Source: a virus. From it: a DNA stretch of 64,000 nt. Below, one piece after another: positions 27,701-37,617 of this stretch. Numbering within the stretch: the first letter of the stretch is position 1; each line of letters starts with the position of its first letter. The DNA lies in the IMG/VR virus record IMGVR_UViG_3300028920_000002, positions 64,001 through 128,000 of that record; one strand, given 5' to 3'. A program made the translations under genes and the position numbers. The notes under the pieces were generated by a model that saw only the letters and a program-made list of their open reading frames with translations, did not search any database and was not told the DNA's origin.

Positions 27701-28587
27701 ACGAGAAGCGTAAGGCGTATTTTGGTCAGGAAGGTAGGCGAGCTAGGGGCTTGATGACGGTGCTCAAGACTAGCGGAGTGGTGAACGAGTATGGCGTACC
27801 CCAAGGAGAGCTGTCCGAGAAGTTGAAGGGCGTCAAGGGTCAGCGCGGAGCTGAGCTGGCAGGCAGGTTCCTGAAGGGGATGTTTGGGGCTACAGCGGCT
27901 AGGGGTCAGATGACTGGACTCTCTCCGCAACAGGACCTACAAGCGCTGATGACTGCTGAGCAGGACACTGGTTCGGCGATGCAGGCTCTGCAGCAGATGA
28001 CGGTTGCTCAGCAGCGGCAGATGGCGGAGCAGCTGAAAGGCGTGCCTGGAGCACAGGATGTACGCAAGCAGGTACTTAGGCAGACTGCGGCTACTCAACG
28101 CATCGAGAAGGCCAGAGGAGGTCGTTGGGGGCAGGTGAAGGCCATGTTGGGTGTGGCCGGAGTATCTGCACAAGATTTGAAGGAGGCTGGACTTACCAAA
28201 GAGAAGTGGTCGAAGATGAACGCGGAGGAGGAAGTCCGCGCTCTGGCCGCTGCGGCGGGAATCGACCCGACAGATGAAAAGGCCATGGGCTCACTCCGCG
28301 AAGGAGTCATGTCACTCCGTCAGGGCGGACAGGCAGGGCGCGGTGCTGCAGCTACCGCTGGTCTCGACTTGGCGGCGATGGGGGCCTCGAAGGAGGCGCA
28401 AGAAAAGAGGGATGCGCAAAACCGAGCGGCACAGCAGAATGACCCCAGCTACCGTGCGTTGGTCGACATCAAGGGTGCCATCGAGAACCTGCCCGGCAAT
28501 ATTGCTGCAGCGATGCCAGTGCAGGGCGAAGGCGCCGAGCCGTCGAATCCCCCGGGTGCCCACGGTACTAGGACGACTGGGCCATGA
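24781..28587 (+). CDS. tape-measure-like protein
   Basis: about 1268 aa, Ala/Gly/Met/Gln-rich helical, hydrophobic N-terminal segments, upstream of baseplate-like genes. Confidence 0.6.
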   Translation: MVMTSTEIAALNAGFQQQTMAGMQHAGMISQYAATRDPSQGADQLAGNIVNRTAAIGAPMAGLGMMLAGVDPISMGIKGGMGAAAMGASGFGIGAAALGGAAAVGVPMMAAQYAGGQMMTGMQQQQMLQSTMRQYYREPNMYGQLGPTRGQVGDMGASMRMMSQQRGPGGEFTSMEELGRLAANMGRMGLDQGVRNAKDFNEQFQKMLKAVKQVATDLGTSLEQAQQTMASMRAAGVLERGGQVRMAAQMRQGALAGGIATSEIAGMAMVGSQISRMIGGRGAAGAEAGASLMTDIGAAQRVGALSEEQIYNATGLTGAEGRRALATGMMQNTARFLKGGLGRRFLASVAGENGQVNQEDIDEYLAGGVGTGRTMQMAARNLGRVGRAGFIRNEGRYRGEAMRALRGQGSALVLRSWMNQRGMNVDDMDDRSMIWMKRRTGMDYEQLEAAMSLLRNQTRISMRREMSAEQDQNVQRLNRQRQQRGVQGVKRQVEDFRAKVQGTLQQMGADLYEGASELTEAFINKLTDNYVTSMNRDVTEIARELRVGGAAARQGALGELGVGPQGGILGFKRGATLGVGTTGQMGMRQLYGEGLTGGYAGVQARNQRVFSDVDRAGFAGSDIDTGSMASVRKGLLEYNQVQDSFFTERHQSARDLGKKYELEFKAAIGSREIRGQRMNRVRSFQWWLSEKAKTDKDAAALYSQIQGGGIEGKKRAAAIYGELARGANAGAEAQFMGTPTLEGIYGGGAFLTTGQRERAVGGAFLQGRQLRETVVEAETRGRVEDVAGALGGAAGTVAEIAGFGLVSAREGKEFGQRVADWLTPTVAKVAGVEGAVGITGRDRAAVGRFMEGERGQEMMRAMLSEDHAVRRAAMGQAATRFMELGQRMEKAGLGGLTQEERTQYLATQGMLAGSQYAEMLSEYGVTSLDQLSEADREIAEGRLKEIATRWGMGDPKAVVNAHATMGASLTRAQYEKRKAYFGQEGRRARGLMTVLKTSGVVNEYGVPQGELSEKLKGVKGQRGAELAGRFLKGMFGATAARGQMTGLSPQQDLQALMTAEQDTGSAMQALQQMTVAQQRQMAEQLKGVPGAQDVRKQVLRQTAATQRIEKARGGRWGQVKAMLGVAGVSAQDLKEAGLTKEKWSKMNAEEEVRALAAAAGIDPTDEKAMGSLREGVMSLRQGGQAGRGAAATAGLDLAAMGASKEAQEKRDAQNRAAQQNDPSYRALVDIKGAIENLPGNIAAAMPVQGEGAEPSNPPGAHGTRTTGP

Positions 28588-28853
28588 AGTCACTCATCTA
28601 TCAGGGCGTGACGCCTCTCGTTGAACCTTCTGGTTGTGGGGCCATTCCCTGCCGAACCGAGGTTCCCATTCGCATCAAGCGTGGGAGTCGAGTGTACAAT
28701 TTCATACTCCGGGACAAGGTGATTCCAGAGGACCCTTACCTCATCCTGGTGAAAGCCATCGCCTTCTCCATTCAGCAGCGTGAACCGTACGTGGGTAGGC
28801 CCCCGGACCGAGGTGTGCGAGACTTCCTCATCAAGAACACGGTGATTATCTGA
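28584..28853 (+). CDS. hypothetical protein
   Basis: 89-aa ORF, ATGA overlap. Confidence 0.55.
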   Translation: MKSLIYQGVTPLVEPSGCGAIPCRTEVPIRIKRGSRVYNFILRDKVIPEDPYLILVKAIAFSIQQREPYVGRPPDRGVRDFLIKNTVII

Positions 28854-29008
28854 TGGACCGGTTCTGGGACAAGGTTTCGCTTCTACGTAAGCACTTCAAG
28901 CAGGGTCGCCGAAAGGCCGATTTGGCACGTGAGTATGGCCTCAGCCGTACTACTGTAGGCCGTATCGTGAGCGGAAAGCTCTGGCCTCACGTGGAAGGTA
29001 GGGTGTAG
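28853..29008 (+). pseudogene. HNH endonuclease remnant / small HTH (51 aa)
   Basis: MDRFWDKV N-terminus joined to LAREYGLSRTTVGRIVSGKLWPHV HTH; no HNH core. Confidence 0.5.
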
Positions 29009-29010
29009 CC

Positions 29011-31047
29011 ATCGCCGTCTTCATCGAGCTCACCACCAACCCTGTAGAGCAGAACTACAGCAAGAACATCGACAAGCATCGTGCCGGCGGTCGTAGCTCT
29101 CGTGCTGGCAAGCAGGTCGCCCGGCGTCCACACCGAGGTATCGAAATCAAGGAAGACACCTACGCCATGCTCAAGGTCATCACGGCCAGTGGCGAGGACA
29201 TTCCATTAGTCGATTCGAGCTCGTTCTTGGGGACCACGACTGGTGGCTACTCCAACTTCCTACTGCAGCAGGTGGTGGAGTCTCGGATGGAGCGGCATCA
29301 AATCATCGAGACCTTTGGGGCCTCGTACGTGTTCTTCTTCGGAGAGTCCCCACGCTTCCTGGATTGCGCATCCATCATTCTCAACACACACGACTTCAAC
29401 TGGCGTGCAGAGTGGTGGACCAACTACAACACCTACCTGCGTGGTACTCGGTTGGTAGAGATGGGTGCGCGCTGCTACTTGTTCTACGACGACAACATCA
29501 TCGAGGGCTACATCGTGCAGGCATCCGCCACCGAGCAGGCGGGCATGCCGTACCACATCAATCTGAACTTCCGCTTCTTCGTCACCAACTGCAGCAACCT
29601 CTCGATGGAGGGCAATATCGGCGAGTTCCCCATCCGCTCGAGCGTGGTGCTCCCGGACGGGGTGGAGCTCGGCAGTGGGGACGCTTGGCGCCGCATCATC
29701 AACGCGTATCGAGGTGAGGCTGCGTCGGCATTGGCTGGTCGAGAGGCCAGCCGACGTATGGCAGAAGCAGCGCGTACCAAGGCAGAGAGTGAGAAGACTG
29801 GCCTGTTTGGCCTACCTGCTCCTACGAAACTCGGGGCGCCAACCAGGCAGAGCCTGACTAGTATCATCCGTGAAGCCGGTCCTACTTTCTCTGCTGACCC
29901 TTCGGTGCTAGCCGGCTTGGGAGCAGGGCCCGGCATCCTGGTGGACCCAGCTAACCCGGCCAACCCGATGATGAGCATCCCGCGGGATGGCAAGCCCCTG
30001 CGCGGCTACATCGCGGAGAACTACGACGAATACACCGGCCTCGGCTATGCGCTCACCTACGCCTCCTTCGCTCCCGGAGCCAATCGCCCACCGCTGTTCA
30101 TGCAATCCCATCTCACCAGGGACCTGCAGGAGTCGGACGACGCGTTCCGGCAGGCCATTGAGGCCCTCACCTGCTTCGGAGCCAACATCAACGGCCCGGA
30201 GCCGCTCATCAGCCTGGGTCTCGGTCCCAACTTCTTGCGTGGAGGCAAGCTGGACGCCGCCAGCTTCAGGGCGATGGCCCTAGACCCTACCGGCTACTCC
30301 ACCGCCAAGGAGCTGCTGTACGAGCCACTGAAGGGGCAGTATGAGCGCACACAGGATTGGTGGAACAGCGGTCGGGCCGCCGAGCAGTTTGACCGCTCTC
30401 AGCGACGCTTCGAGGAGGGAGCCAGCCGCTTCGGGGACGCCATCCTGCGGGCCCACGACCCATTGGGGGTGGTCTATGGCGGGCGCCAGCCTCAAGAAGA
30501 GAACCTGGTCACCAACTCCCGTTACACCGAGGGCGCCGGCGACCCGCTGTACGGCTACCCGAGCGACTTCGCTGAGGGTCCTGGCTACGGACAGACCGGC
30601 TTCGGCAACTTCGGCGGAATCAGCTTCGGTTCCGGCTCGAGTACGGGGGACCCGGGCTTCAAAGACCCGAACAAGTTCACCTTCGCCGGAGTGGCAGATG
30701 AGCGTGATGCCTTCGACCGCTTCCTGCTGCCGCAAGATGATGGTACCTCGCTCAGCGGGCGTAATCGAGACCGTCGTGGCTTCAACTCTGGCGGTGCCTC
30801 CTTCGAGATTGGAGGGGAGATGAGCGCCTTCTCCCTCATCTCCGTAGATGGCATTCTCACTCCTGAAGGCGACGCGCGTAGCCAGGTCGACGCCATTCGT
30901 GAGCGCCAGGAGGCGCAGAAGTTCGGATTCTCCGTGGACAATCCGTTCGGCGTGCAGTGTCCTACTCCACCAGGCACCGTCAGCTTTAGCGATAGCACTG
31001 GCACAGATAGTAGCTATTCAGATGGCTTCAGCCATTCATTCCCATGA
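29011..31047 (+). CDS. putative tail/baseplate structural protein (probable ATC start)
   Basis: frame is open 55 codons upstream of ATG 29167; ATC GCC GTC TTC ATC GAG reads (M)AVFIEL; lies between TMP-like and hub-like genes. Confidence 0.55.
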   Translation: MAVFIELTTNPVEQNYSKNIDKHRAGGRSSRAGKQVARRPHRGIEIKEDTYAMLKVITASGEDIPLVDSSSFLGTTTGGYSNFLLQQVVESRMERHQIIETFGASYVFFFGESPRFLDCASIILNTHDFNWRAEWWTNYNTYLRGTRLVEMGARCYLFYDDNIIEGYIVQASATEQAGMPYHINLNFRFFVTNCSNLSMEGNIGEFPIRSSVVLPDGVELGSGDAWRRIINAYRGEAASALAGREASRRMAEAARTKAESEKTGLFGLPAPTKLGAPTRQSLTSIIREAGPTFSADPSVLAGLGAGPGILVDPANPANPMMSIPRDGKPLRGYIAENYDEYTGLGYALTYASFAPGANRPPLFMQSHLTRDLQESDDAFRQAIEALTCFGANINGPEPLISLGLGPNFLRGGKLDAASFRAMALDPTGYSTAKELLYEPLKGQYERTQDWWNSGRAAEQFDRSQRRFEEGASRFGDAILRAHDPLGVVYGGRQPQEENLVTNSRYTEGAGDPLYGYPSDFAEGPGYGQTGFGNFGGISFGSGSSTGDPGFKDPNKFTFAGVADERDAFDRFLLPQDDGTSLSGRNRDRRGFNSGGASFEIGGEMSAFSLISVDGILTPEGDARSQVDAIRERQEAQKFGFSVDNPFGVQCPTPPGTVSFSDSTGTDSSYSDGFSHSFP

Positions 31048-34000
31048 CCGGTGAGCACGTCTCCTTCGCTCTCCCTCTGCGCATCCGCCTCTTCTTGGAA
31101 GGGGTGGAGGTGCCCATCATCTCTGCCACCATCCAGACCTCCCCCAATAGTCCAAGCATGGCGACGTTCCAAGTGCCACCGCTGGTGGAGGGCACTCGCC
31201 TACTGCCCCGTACGTTGGTGCACCTGTTCTTCCTCGACATGTACGCGACCTCCAATCCGTACGTGACCGCGACGAATCTGCGCACCTCAAGAGAAGACGC
31301 CAACCAGAGTCCCACGGCAGTCGATGAGGCTCAGGCATCTCGTGGGATAGCTATCACTCCATCGCCTTGCGGACATCGAGCCCTAGGCGACTCCGAGAAC
31401 AGGCGATACAAGCTGCTCTTTGTAGGTGAGGTGATTGGCTTCCAATGGACCAAGAGCCCAGTAAGCCGCTCGCTGGTGCTGCAGTGCCAGGACCTCAGCA
31501 ACTACTGGGACTACGCGTATCAGTGGGGTAATACCGGCATCTTCGGTCCCGGGTACAAGGCCATCTTCTCAGGTGGAGCCACGAATCTTTTCACCGACTT
31601 TCTCTCGAGCAAGGGCAGCGTCATCACGCAGATTGTGTCTCGAGGAAAGTGCAACACCTACCCCCAGCTCAAGGGGCTGGCAGCCGGCATCATCCGACTC
31701 ATCGAGGCCATCGGCGGAAGCTACTACGCTCGACCTGACCCCAAGGGTAAGGCCACGCGTAAGTACGCTGGTCAAAACGTCTTCTTCAGTACGGCAGAGC
31801 TACGCCTGCACATCACGCAGATGATAGCGGCGGTGGAGGACGACCCGACCTCCAAACGCATTCTCAGCCGCCAGGGCTACAGCGGGATGTTCAACCGTGC
31901 CATCGGTGGACAAGGTGCCCAGGTCTCTATCCGCAAGGCCATCAACGCCTTGAGCGCCATCATGTTTCACGAGACGTACGCTCAACCCTGCCCGCTGTAC
32001 ATCCCTGGGAAGGAGGGGCAGGTCAGTGGTGTGCGTAGAGTGAACATCCGCAATTCAGAGTGGAAGATAGTATCGGACAATGCCCTGGACGTACTGGCTA
32101 CGGTAGAGGCAGTACAATCTTCGCTGGCCAGCTTGGCTACGCTATCTGCTCAAGCTAAGTCCGACAGCATCGCTGCAGAGGCGTGGAAGGACGGAATTGA
32201 GGACGCCAGGCTACGTCTGCAGCGTGCTGCCAAGTTCCTCAACGAGACTCTTCCTCTGATTCGTGGAGCGCCTCCTCCCTCCAGTACTATCTTCAGCGCT
32301 TCCTCGAAGGCGTTGCGGAACGCGGATGCGTGGGTCAAGAAGTGGACCCCGAAGTCTCCCGAGAGCATCAAGAAGAAGGTCGACAAGTTCCTGGAGGAGG
32401 CTGCGGTGCAACTGCGCCGTGCGGAGTACCTGACGGTGAACACCACTCCGCTCAAGGACCGTGAGCCGGCACGGATGGCTCAGCAAATCTTCCGCCCCGA
32501 CATCTGGTTCGGAGCTCCACCGCGCTGCAACGTCCTCTTCCCCGAGAACTACATGCAGCTCACCTATCAGCGTATCTACCTGCAGGAACCCACGCGGTTC
32601 ATGCTCAAAACCAATGACGAGTTCTACGGTGAAGACTTTCTGTTCGACCGGTTCTACTTCGCGCCACAAGCTGGGTCTTTGAAGAAGGAGAAGGCCAACC
32701 TCAAGAGCATGCTTCGCAACGATTTGCTCGACCACGAGCTCTTCACTGGCATCCTACCGGTGTTCGAGAAGATGGGAGAGTTCAACATCTTTGCGTCGAA
32801 GAGTTGGACCACTGAGGGCAAAGTGCCGAAGGTGGGTCTGGCACAGCGCTCGGCCAACTTCCTGTACTTCAAGCATCGGTTCAACTCGCGCCAGATGCAG
32901 GTCAGCGGACGCTTCAATCCGTACATCGCCTGCGGATTCCCTGGTCTCATCTTGGACAAGTGGGTGGACACCACCGTAGCGGACCAACTCCAAGCGATGC
33001 GCAAGGCGTATCAGGAGGCGACTGGGCAGACCATCCTCCCGGAGTTCACTCGGGGGCTGTTGGGTACGAACTTCCTCGGCAACTTCATGGAGGTGACCCA
33101 CTCCCTGTCTCACCAGCAGGCGCAGGGGCGTACTGAGATTCGTTGTACCTACCCTCGGCAACCTGAAGAGAGCGTAGAGTTCTTGGGTACTGCGGAGCGA
33201 GCACAGAACGTTCAGGTGAGAGATGACCTGGACGCCAAGCGCTCAGTGGACGTGGCCGCCCTTTCCCCACCAGCGGTGAACTCTCTTGGTCCGAACGGCG
33301 GCAAGATTGTCGCAGTCAAGGAAGTGACAACAGAGTACAGCCGAGCTCGAGCTGGAGAGAAACCTGGTTTAGACGACGATAACATTGGCCGATTCCTACC
33401 CGTTTTCTTTGGCGGAACGCGTAGGAAGGGAGGCAAACCACCAGACGCGTCGGTGCCGGTTGGCACCTATATGACGCTGCGCGAGATGGGAGCGGCGGAA
33501 AACAAAGAGCTGCTCGACCTCATCGGCGACCCGGACAAGACCATCGTCTTCCGCGCCTTCAGGCTCACTGAGGAGATTCCTCGCTACCGACGTGAAATCA
33601 TCGACCTGCCTGCAGAAGAGCTCATCCGCCCGGGGTGGTACGGGGACATATGGACACCCGGCAAGATTGGTAAGGTGTACAACCAGTTCTTCGCTACGGG
33701 TGCCATCACCGACCCGACCTACGTACTTGATAGCGACGGGAGCGCGCTGGGTAGTACTAGTGAAGAGATGGCCCGTAGTTCAGAAGAGGGTGAGAAGGTT
33801 GAAGGGACGGAAGAAGACCCGCGCATCAATGTGCCGGCCGTCACTTCCCTGGCTGAGGGCTCGAGCATCGAGCAGGCCGTGGAGTTCCTCACCCTCACCT
33901 ACTCCTACGTGAAGACGGCTGGACTCGACGTAGATGAGTTCATCCGAGCCTACACTTGGCGGCCCATCGCCACCATGTTGGACATCTTCGGCTCGCATGA

Positions 34001-34235
34001 CCTCGAGTACAGTCCTGGTGGTGAGGAGGTCACTTCAGGGACCGAAGGGTTCCACTCCAGGTCTTTCGGCCCGTACAACAACTTGTTTGGTTTGGTGAGC
34101 CCAGAGATTGAAGACGTGCTGGGGTTCCGCCGTGGCTCTACTACGGCGCAGAAGGCGGACACGCGAGCTCGCAAGTTGGAGGCAGTACTGTCCTTCGCTT
34201 CACAGCTCAGTTTCTCCCGAGCCATACTCGGCTAG
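31044..34235 (+). CDS. putative baseplate hub / tail protein
   Basis: 1063 aa; N-terminal IRLFLEGVEVPI..ATFQVP..LFVGEV..LVLQCQD pattern of gp27/gpD-like hubs. Confidence 0.55.
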   Translation: MTGEHVSFALPLRIRLFLEGVEVPIISATIQTSPNSPSMATFQVPPLVEGTRLLPRTLVHLFFLDMYATSNPYVTATNLRTSREDANQSPTAVDEAQASRGIAITPSPCGHRALGDSENRRYKLLFVGEVIGFQWTKSPVSRSLVLQCQDLSNYWDYAYQWGNTGIFGPGYKAIFSGGATNLFTDFLSSKGSVITQIVSRGKCNTYPQLKGLAAGIIRLIEAIGGSYYARPDPKGKATRKYAGQNVFFSTAELRLHITQMIAAVEDDPTSKRILSRQGYSGMFNRAIGGQGAQVSIRKAINALSAIMFHETYAQPCPLYIPGKEGQVSGVRRVNIRNSEWKIVSDNALDVLATVEAVQSSLASLATLSAQAKSDSIAAEAWKDGIEDARLRLQRAAKFLNETLPLIRGAPPPSSTIFSASSKALRNADAWVKKWTPKSPESIKKKVDKFLEEAAVQLRRAEYLTVNTTPLKDREPARMAQQIFRPDIWFGAPPRCNVLFPENYMQLTYQRIYLQEPTRFMLKTNDEFYGEDFLFDRFYFAPQAGSLKKEKANLKSMLRNDLLDHELFTGILPVFEKMGEFNIFASKSWTTEGKVPKVGLAQRSANFLYFKHRFNSRQMQVSGRFNPYIACGFPGLILDKWVDTTVADQLQAMRKAYQEATGQTILPEFTRGLLGTNFLGNFMEVTHSLSHQQAQGRTEIRCTYPRQPEESVEFLGTAERAQNVQVRDDLDAKRSVDVAALSPPAVNSLGPNGGKIVAVKEVTTEYSRARAGEKPGLDDDNIGRFLPVFFGGTRRKGGKPPDASVPVGTYMTLREMGAAENKELLDLIGDPDKTIVFRAFRLTEEIPRYRREIIDLPAEELIRPGWYGDIWTPGKIGKVYNQFFATGAITDPTYVLDSDGSALGSTSEEMARSSEEGEKVEGTEEDPRINVPAVTSLAEGSSIEQAVEFLTLTYSYVKTAGLDVDEFIRAYTWRPIATMLDIFGSHDLEYSPGGEEVTSGTEGFHSRSFGPYNNLFGLVSPEIEDVLGFRRGSTTAQKADTRARKLEAVLSFASQLSFSRAILG

Positions 34236-34273
34236 CTTCCGATAGGGCTTCCGTGGGTGGTACAACTACTGGG

Positions 34274-35362
34274 ATGTCGAGTCACGTCGGTCTGGTGAAG
34301 AATGCTGTGTCCAAGGGCCGGATGACGGTCTCGCAGACGCGCTCCGGCCGCCGTCCCATGCGGGTAGATACCCTCCTCAAGAAGGAGAAGGAGGGGACGC
34401 TCTACAAGTACACCAAGATGGCAGAGGCGCTGAGGCGTCGGGGCGTCGGCTTGGGTCTCCTCAAGCAGGCTCTGGGCGTCCCCATGACGCCCATGACCTC
34501 GATGACCCCGTCTGCAACGCAGCAGATGAAGGCTCCGCAGAGTACGGCGAGTGGGCCTAAGATGCCCGGTGTCGGCGTGGCTCCTCCGTCGGTACCGGGG
34601 CTGTCCAACTCGGGGGCGCAGCCCGCCGCGATGCCGAAGATGGGACAGGTGCGCTTGCCAGAGTCTCTGGACGAGGCTGGGGAGCAGGCCCAGAAATTGG
34701 TGGCCTTGCGGAAGAAAGTGTTGCCGGAGACCGTCAGCTACATTCGTGATGCGCTCCGTGAAGGTCTGACCGAGAAGACGGCTGAGCCGCCTCCGCCGGA
34801 GGGCATCTCTATGGAGCAGTGGGACCACCTACTCAACAAGGGGACGCATGACGAGAGTGCGCGTGCGCCCACCAATTCCAAGAAGAAGCCAGGAGACGTC
34901 CCCACGCTAGAGGATGACTACTTGGGCTCCAATCGGGAGGAGCTGCCCGTGTTGGCCATCGCCAAGTTCGGGGCGGCAGCCGATGAGATGCGCAAACTCT
35001 GCGCCATGACTACCGAGCAGGCACGTCAGTCCCTGTCCAGGCTCGAGACGCTCAAGAAGCAACCTACTGGAGAGCTGGCTAGAGGAGCTGCCGTTGGTGC
35101 CATAGCCGCACCTTTGCTTGGTGTTGTCACGCGCCGCGTGCGCGGCGGTGAGCCGGTAGCAGCTGGGCTGAGAGCACTCATGGCTAAGGGTGGCAGGAAT
35201 CTAGCCGCCGATGCCATCACAGGGGCTACTTACGGAGGGGCTGTACCCGCCGTCCGTAATCTACTGGAGCGCAAGGTGGAAACTGAGCGTCTGCAGGACT
35301 ATGTCGCTGGCGGAAAGAGAAGGGGTCTCCGTCGCACTGTGGCCCGACATGTAGGAGTCTGA
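34274..35362 (+). CDS. putative internal head protein (K-x-A motif family)
   Basis: TG-G-TACAAC 7 nt upstream; KMA, KQA, KTA sites; Gly/Ala hydrophobic C-terminal helices. Confidence 0.55.
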   Translation: MSSHVGLVKNAVSKGRMTVSQTRSGRRPMRVDTLLKKEKEGTLYKYTKMAEALRRRGVGLGLLKQALGVPMTPMTSMTPSATQQMKAPQSTASGPKMPGVGVAPPSVPGLSNSGAQPAAMPKMGQVRLPESLDEAGEQAQKLVALRKKVLPETVSYIRDALREGLTEKTAEPPPPEGISMEQWDHLLNKGTHDESARAPTNSKKKPGDVPTLEDDYLGSNREELPVLAIAKFGAAADEMRKLCAMTTEQARQSLSRLETLKKQPTGELARGAAVGAIAAPLLGVVTRRVRGGEPVAAGLRALMAKGGRNLAADAITGATYGGAVPAVRNLLERKVETERLQDYVAGGKRRGLRRTVARHVGV

Positions 35363-35363
35363 G

Positions 35364-37028
35364 ATGCCCGCGTGGATTCACAACCGAGCTGAACACCTCT
35401 TGGCGAAGAACCCGTCCATGAAGAAGGAGACGGCCTTCGCTATCGCCACGCAGCAGTCCCACAAGGTGGGCAAGACCCCGAAGGGGTACGGCACTTCTGA
35501 GGGTAAGCGTGAGGCGAAGGCAAAGTTCGACAAGCCCAAGAAGGAGTACGTCAAAGGCGCCAACCCTGGAAATCTCGAGACCCCAAAGCTCAATGACAAA
35601 CCGAAGACACGTTGGACAGGGAAGAAGTTGGTGAAGGCAGCGGCCGAGCTGCCCTCCTACGACAAGGTACCAGAAGGGCACTTCGAGTTTCGGGGCAAGG
35701 TCTACAAGAAGGATGCGGAGCTATCAGCGCGCAACAAGAAGCTGACCTCTGAGGCGCGAGAGAAGGGTTTGTATGTCACTCCTTCAATGGGAACACCGGT
35801 GGGCCAGATGAAGACAGCTATGGTTGAGGAGTTCATGTTCATCATGCTCAACCGCAAGGAGAAGCTCGCGGAAGAGCACAAGGACAAGACTCCTGGCGGC
35901 AAGGCCGACGACAAGCAGCTCAAGGACTACCCCAAGGACCAACTCGAGATGGGTCAGAAGGTGGAGATGGAGCACACCGATGACCCTGCTCTCGCTCGCG
36001 AAATCAGCATGGACCACCTCGAGGAATTCCCCGACTACTACACCCGCCTGAAGAAGATGGAGGAAGAGGGAGAGAAGGACAAGAAGGCGAAGGAGAAGAC
36101 CGCCAACGGCGTAGAGGAGAAGGGTGAAGATGAGGGGCCTGGAAGAGCGGCGACCAAGAAGGACGTCGCGAACATCATCGCCTACATGAAGAAGCGCAAG
36201 CCGGGCGAAGAGGATGACGAGTTCCACGAATTCGCCGAGGGTCGTGGGATGAACGTTCACGAGGCTGAAGAGGCCGTCTACGACGAGCTGGGCAAGGCCC
36301 TGAAGAAGCAGGGAGAAGCCGGCCCTTTTGAACAGAGGCTGCCCTGGTATGCGAGCGCGGTGGGAGGCACTGGCGGCGCTCTGCTGGGGCAGCATCTGTT
36401 GAAGAGCCGACCTGTTGCCGGGGCTCTGCTGGGGACGCTAGCCGGTACTGCCGCCGGGTTGGAGGCTGGCACTGCCGCTGGTAGGCAGCTGGACAGAACG
36501 ACCGGCGGAGCGTTGAAGAAGCAAGGCATGATTCCCACAGCTAAGCCACAGGGTTTGATGACCCCGCAGCAGCGCCTGAAGGAGTCTCAGAACGTCGGTA
36601 ACGTGGGCGCCTTCAACCAGAAGACTCAAGGCATCAAGCTCCAGAAGTTCAAGCCGATGAGTATGATGAAGCAGAGCTCCAGCAAGCTCGCGTTTCAGAC
36701 CTCTCAGTACTCCGGCCCCCTCGGCCCGGGGCGGATGAGCTACCGTCACCCGGATGCCATGCCGGGCTTCGTGGACCCTCCGGTCAAGACGGCGGGCCCG
36801 CCTCCGGGTGAGGAGGGAGAGCGTCGGGAGGGTGTCAAGGCCATGAAGGAGGCGGCAGCACGTCTCAAGATGGCTGCAGCAGCCACCACTCCGGCGGGGC
36901 GGTTGGCGAGCAGTCAGCAGGAAGGTCAGCCGAAGACCACCAATCCTCCTGGTCCGAGCATCCAGCAGATTTCCAAGCCGGTCGGCTACGGCCGCCCCCT
37001 CCCCGGGACCACTCTGGGGATTTCCTGA
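35364..37028 (+). CDS. modular putative head protein with DUF5661-like segment
   Basis: GQKVEMEHTDDPALAREISMDHLEEFPDYYTRL; many KTA/KLA/KQG sites. Confidence 0.6.
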   Translation: MPAWIHNRAEHLLAKNPSMKKETAFAIATQQSHKVGKTPKGYGTSEGKREAKAKFDKPKKEYVKGANPGNLETPKLNDKPKTRWTGKKLVKAAAELPSYDKVPEGHFEFRGKVYKKDAELSARNKKLTSEAREKGLYVTPSMGTPVGQMKTAMVEEFMFIMLNRKEKLAEEHKDKTPGGKADDKQLKDYPKDQLEMGQKVEMEHTDDPALAREISMDHLEEFPDYYTRLKKMEEEGEKDKKAKEKTANGVEEKGEDEGPGRAATKKDVANIIAYMKKRKPGEEDDEFHEFAEGRGMNVHEAEEAVYDELGKALKKQGEAGPFEQRLPWYASAVGGTGGALLGQHLLKSRPVAGALLGTLAGTAAGLEAGTAAGRQLDRTTGGALKKQGMIPTAKPQGLMTPQQRLKESQNVGNVGAFNQKTQGIKLQKFKPMSMMKQSSSKLAFQTSQYSGPLGPGRMSYRHPDAMPGFVDPPVKTAGPPPGEEGERREGVKAMKEAAARLKMAAAATTPAGRLASSQQEGQPKTTNPPGPSIQQISKPVGYGRPLPGTTLGIS

Positions 37029-37576
37029 TGGACCTCCTCTCCATCCGCGCATGCGCCGACGAGATGGAGAAGATTGCTCTCCTTCGTGAGGCAGTGAGGC
37101 TTGGGCTGAAGGATGTGCCGGGTACCCCACGCCTGGTGATGCGTAAGCGGAACTTACTGGAGCGGGCTGCCGCTTCCGAGAAGGCAGTCCGGGCGTACGA
37201 GCGGGCAATATCCGACCCCATCAAGAAGAAGCTGACGCCAGTGGCGGAAAAGCTGCCCGAGTCGGTTCGGATACCGCTCACTTCCAAGTCGGTGAAGCCA
37301 CGGGCGGCGGCCACGCGTGGGGTGGAGATGATGGCCGCTGACCCGATAGGCAACGTGGCCTCGAATCTGGTGCCCGCCCCCGGTGCATTCGCGGCCTACC
37401 ACGGCGCGAAGAAGGGTGGAGAGGTGCTCATCAACAAGGGTGTGCAGATACCCCACCCAGCACGGTTGGTGAGTAGGGCGGCGCGTGCTGAAGGCAAGAA
37501 GCTCAGACTGGTGCCTGCGTTGGACCCCATCTCTCCAGAGATGTCTCAGCAGGCAAGGATGCTCGCTTCCGCCTAG
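37028..37576 (+). CDS. putative head protein (DEMEKIA motif)
   Basis: N-terminal ACADEMEKIA shared with other family members. Confidence 0.55.
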   Translation: MDLLSIRACADEMEKIALLREAVRLGLKDVPGTPRLVMRKRNLLERAAASEKAVRAYERAISDPIKKKLTPVAEKLPESVRIPLTSKSVKPRAAATRGVEMMAADPIGNVASNLVPAPGAFAAYHGAKKGGEVLINKGVQIPHPARLVSRAARAEGKKLRLVPALDPISPEMSQQARMLASA

Positions 37577-37594
37577 CATTAGGAAGCCACTCCG

Positions 37595-37611
37595 GGGATA
37601 ACAGCTCTGGA
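37595..37611 (+). promoter_or_regulatory. class-1 motif
   Basis: GGGATAA-CAGCTC-TGGA overlapping SD of 37618. Confidence 0.7.
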
Positions 37612-37617
37612 GGTGAC

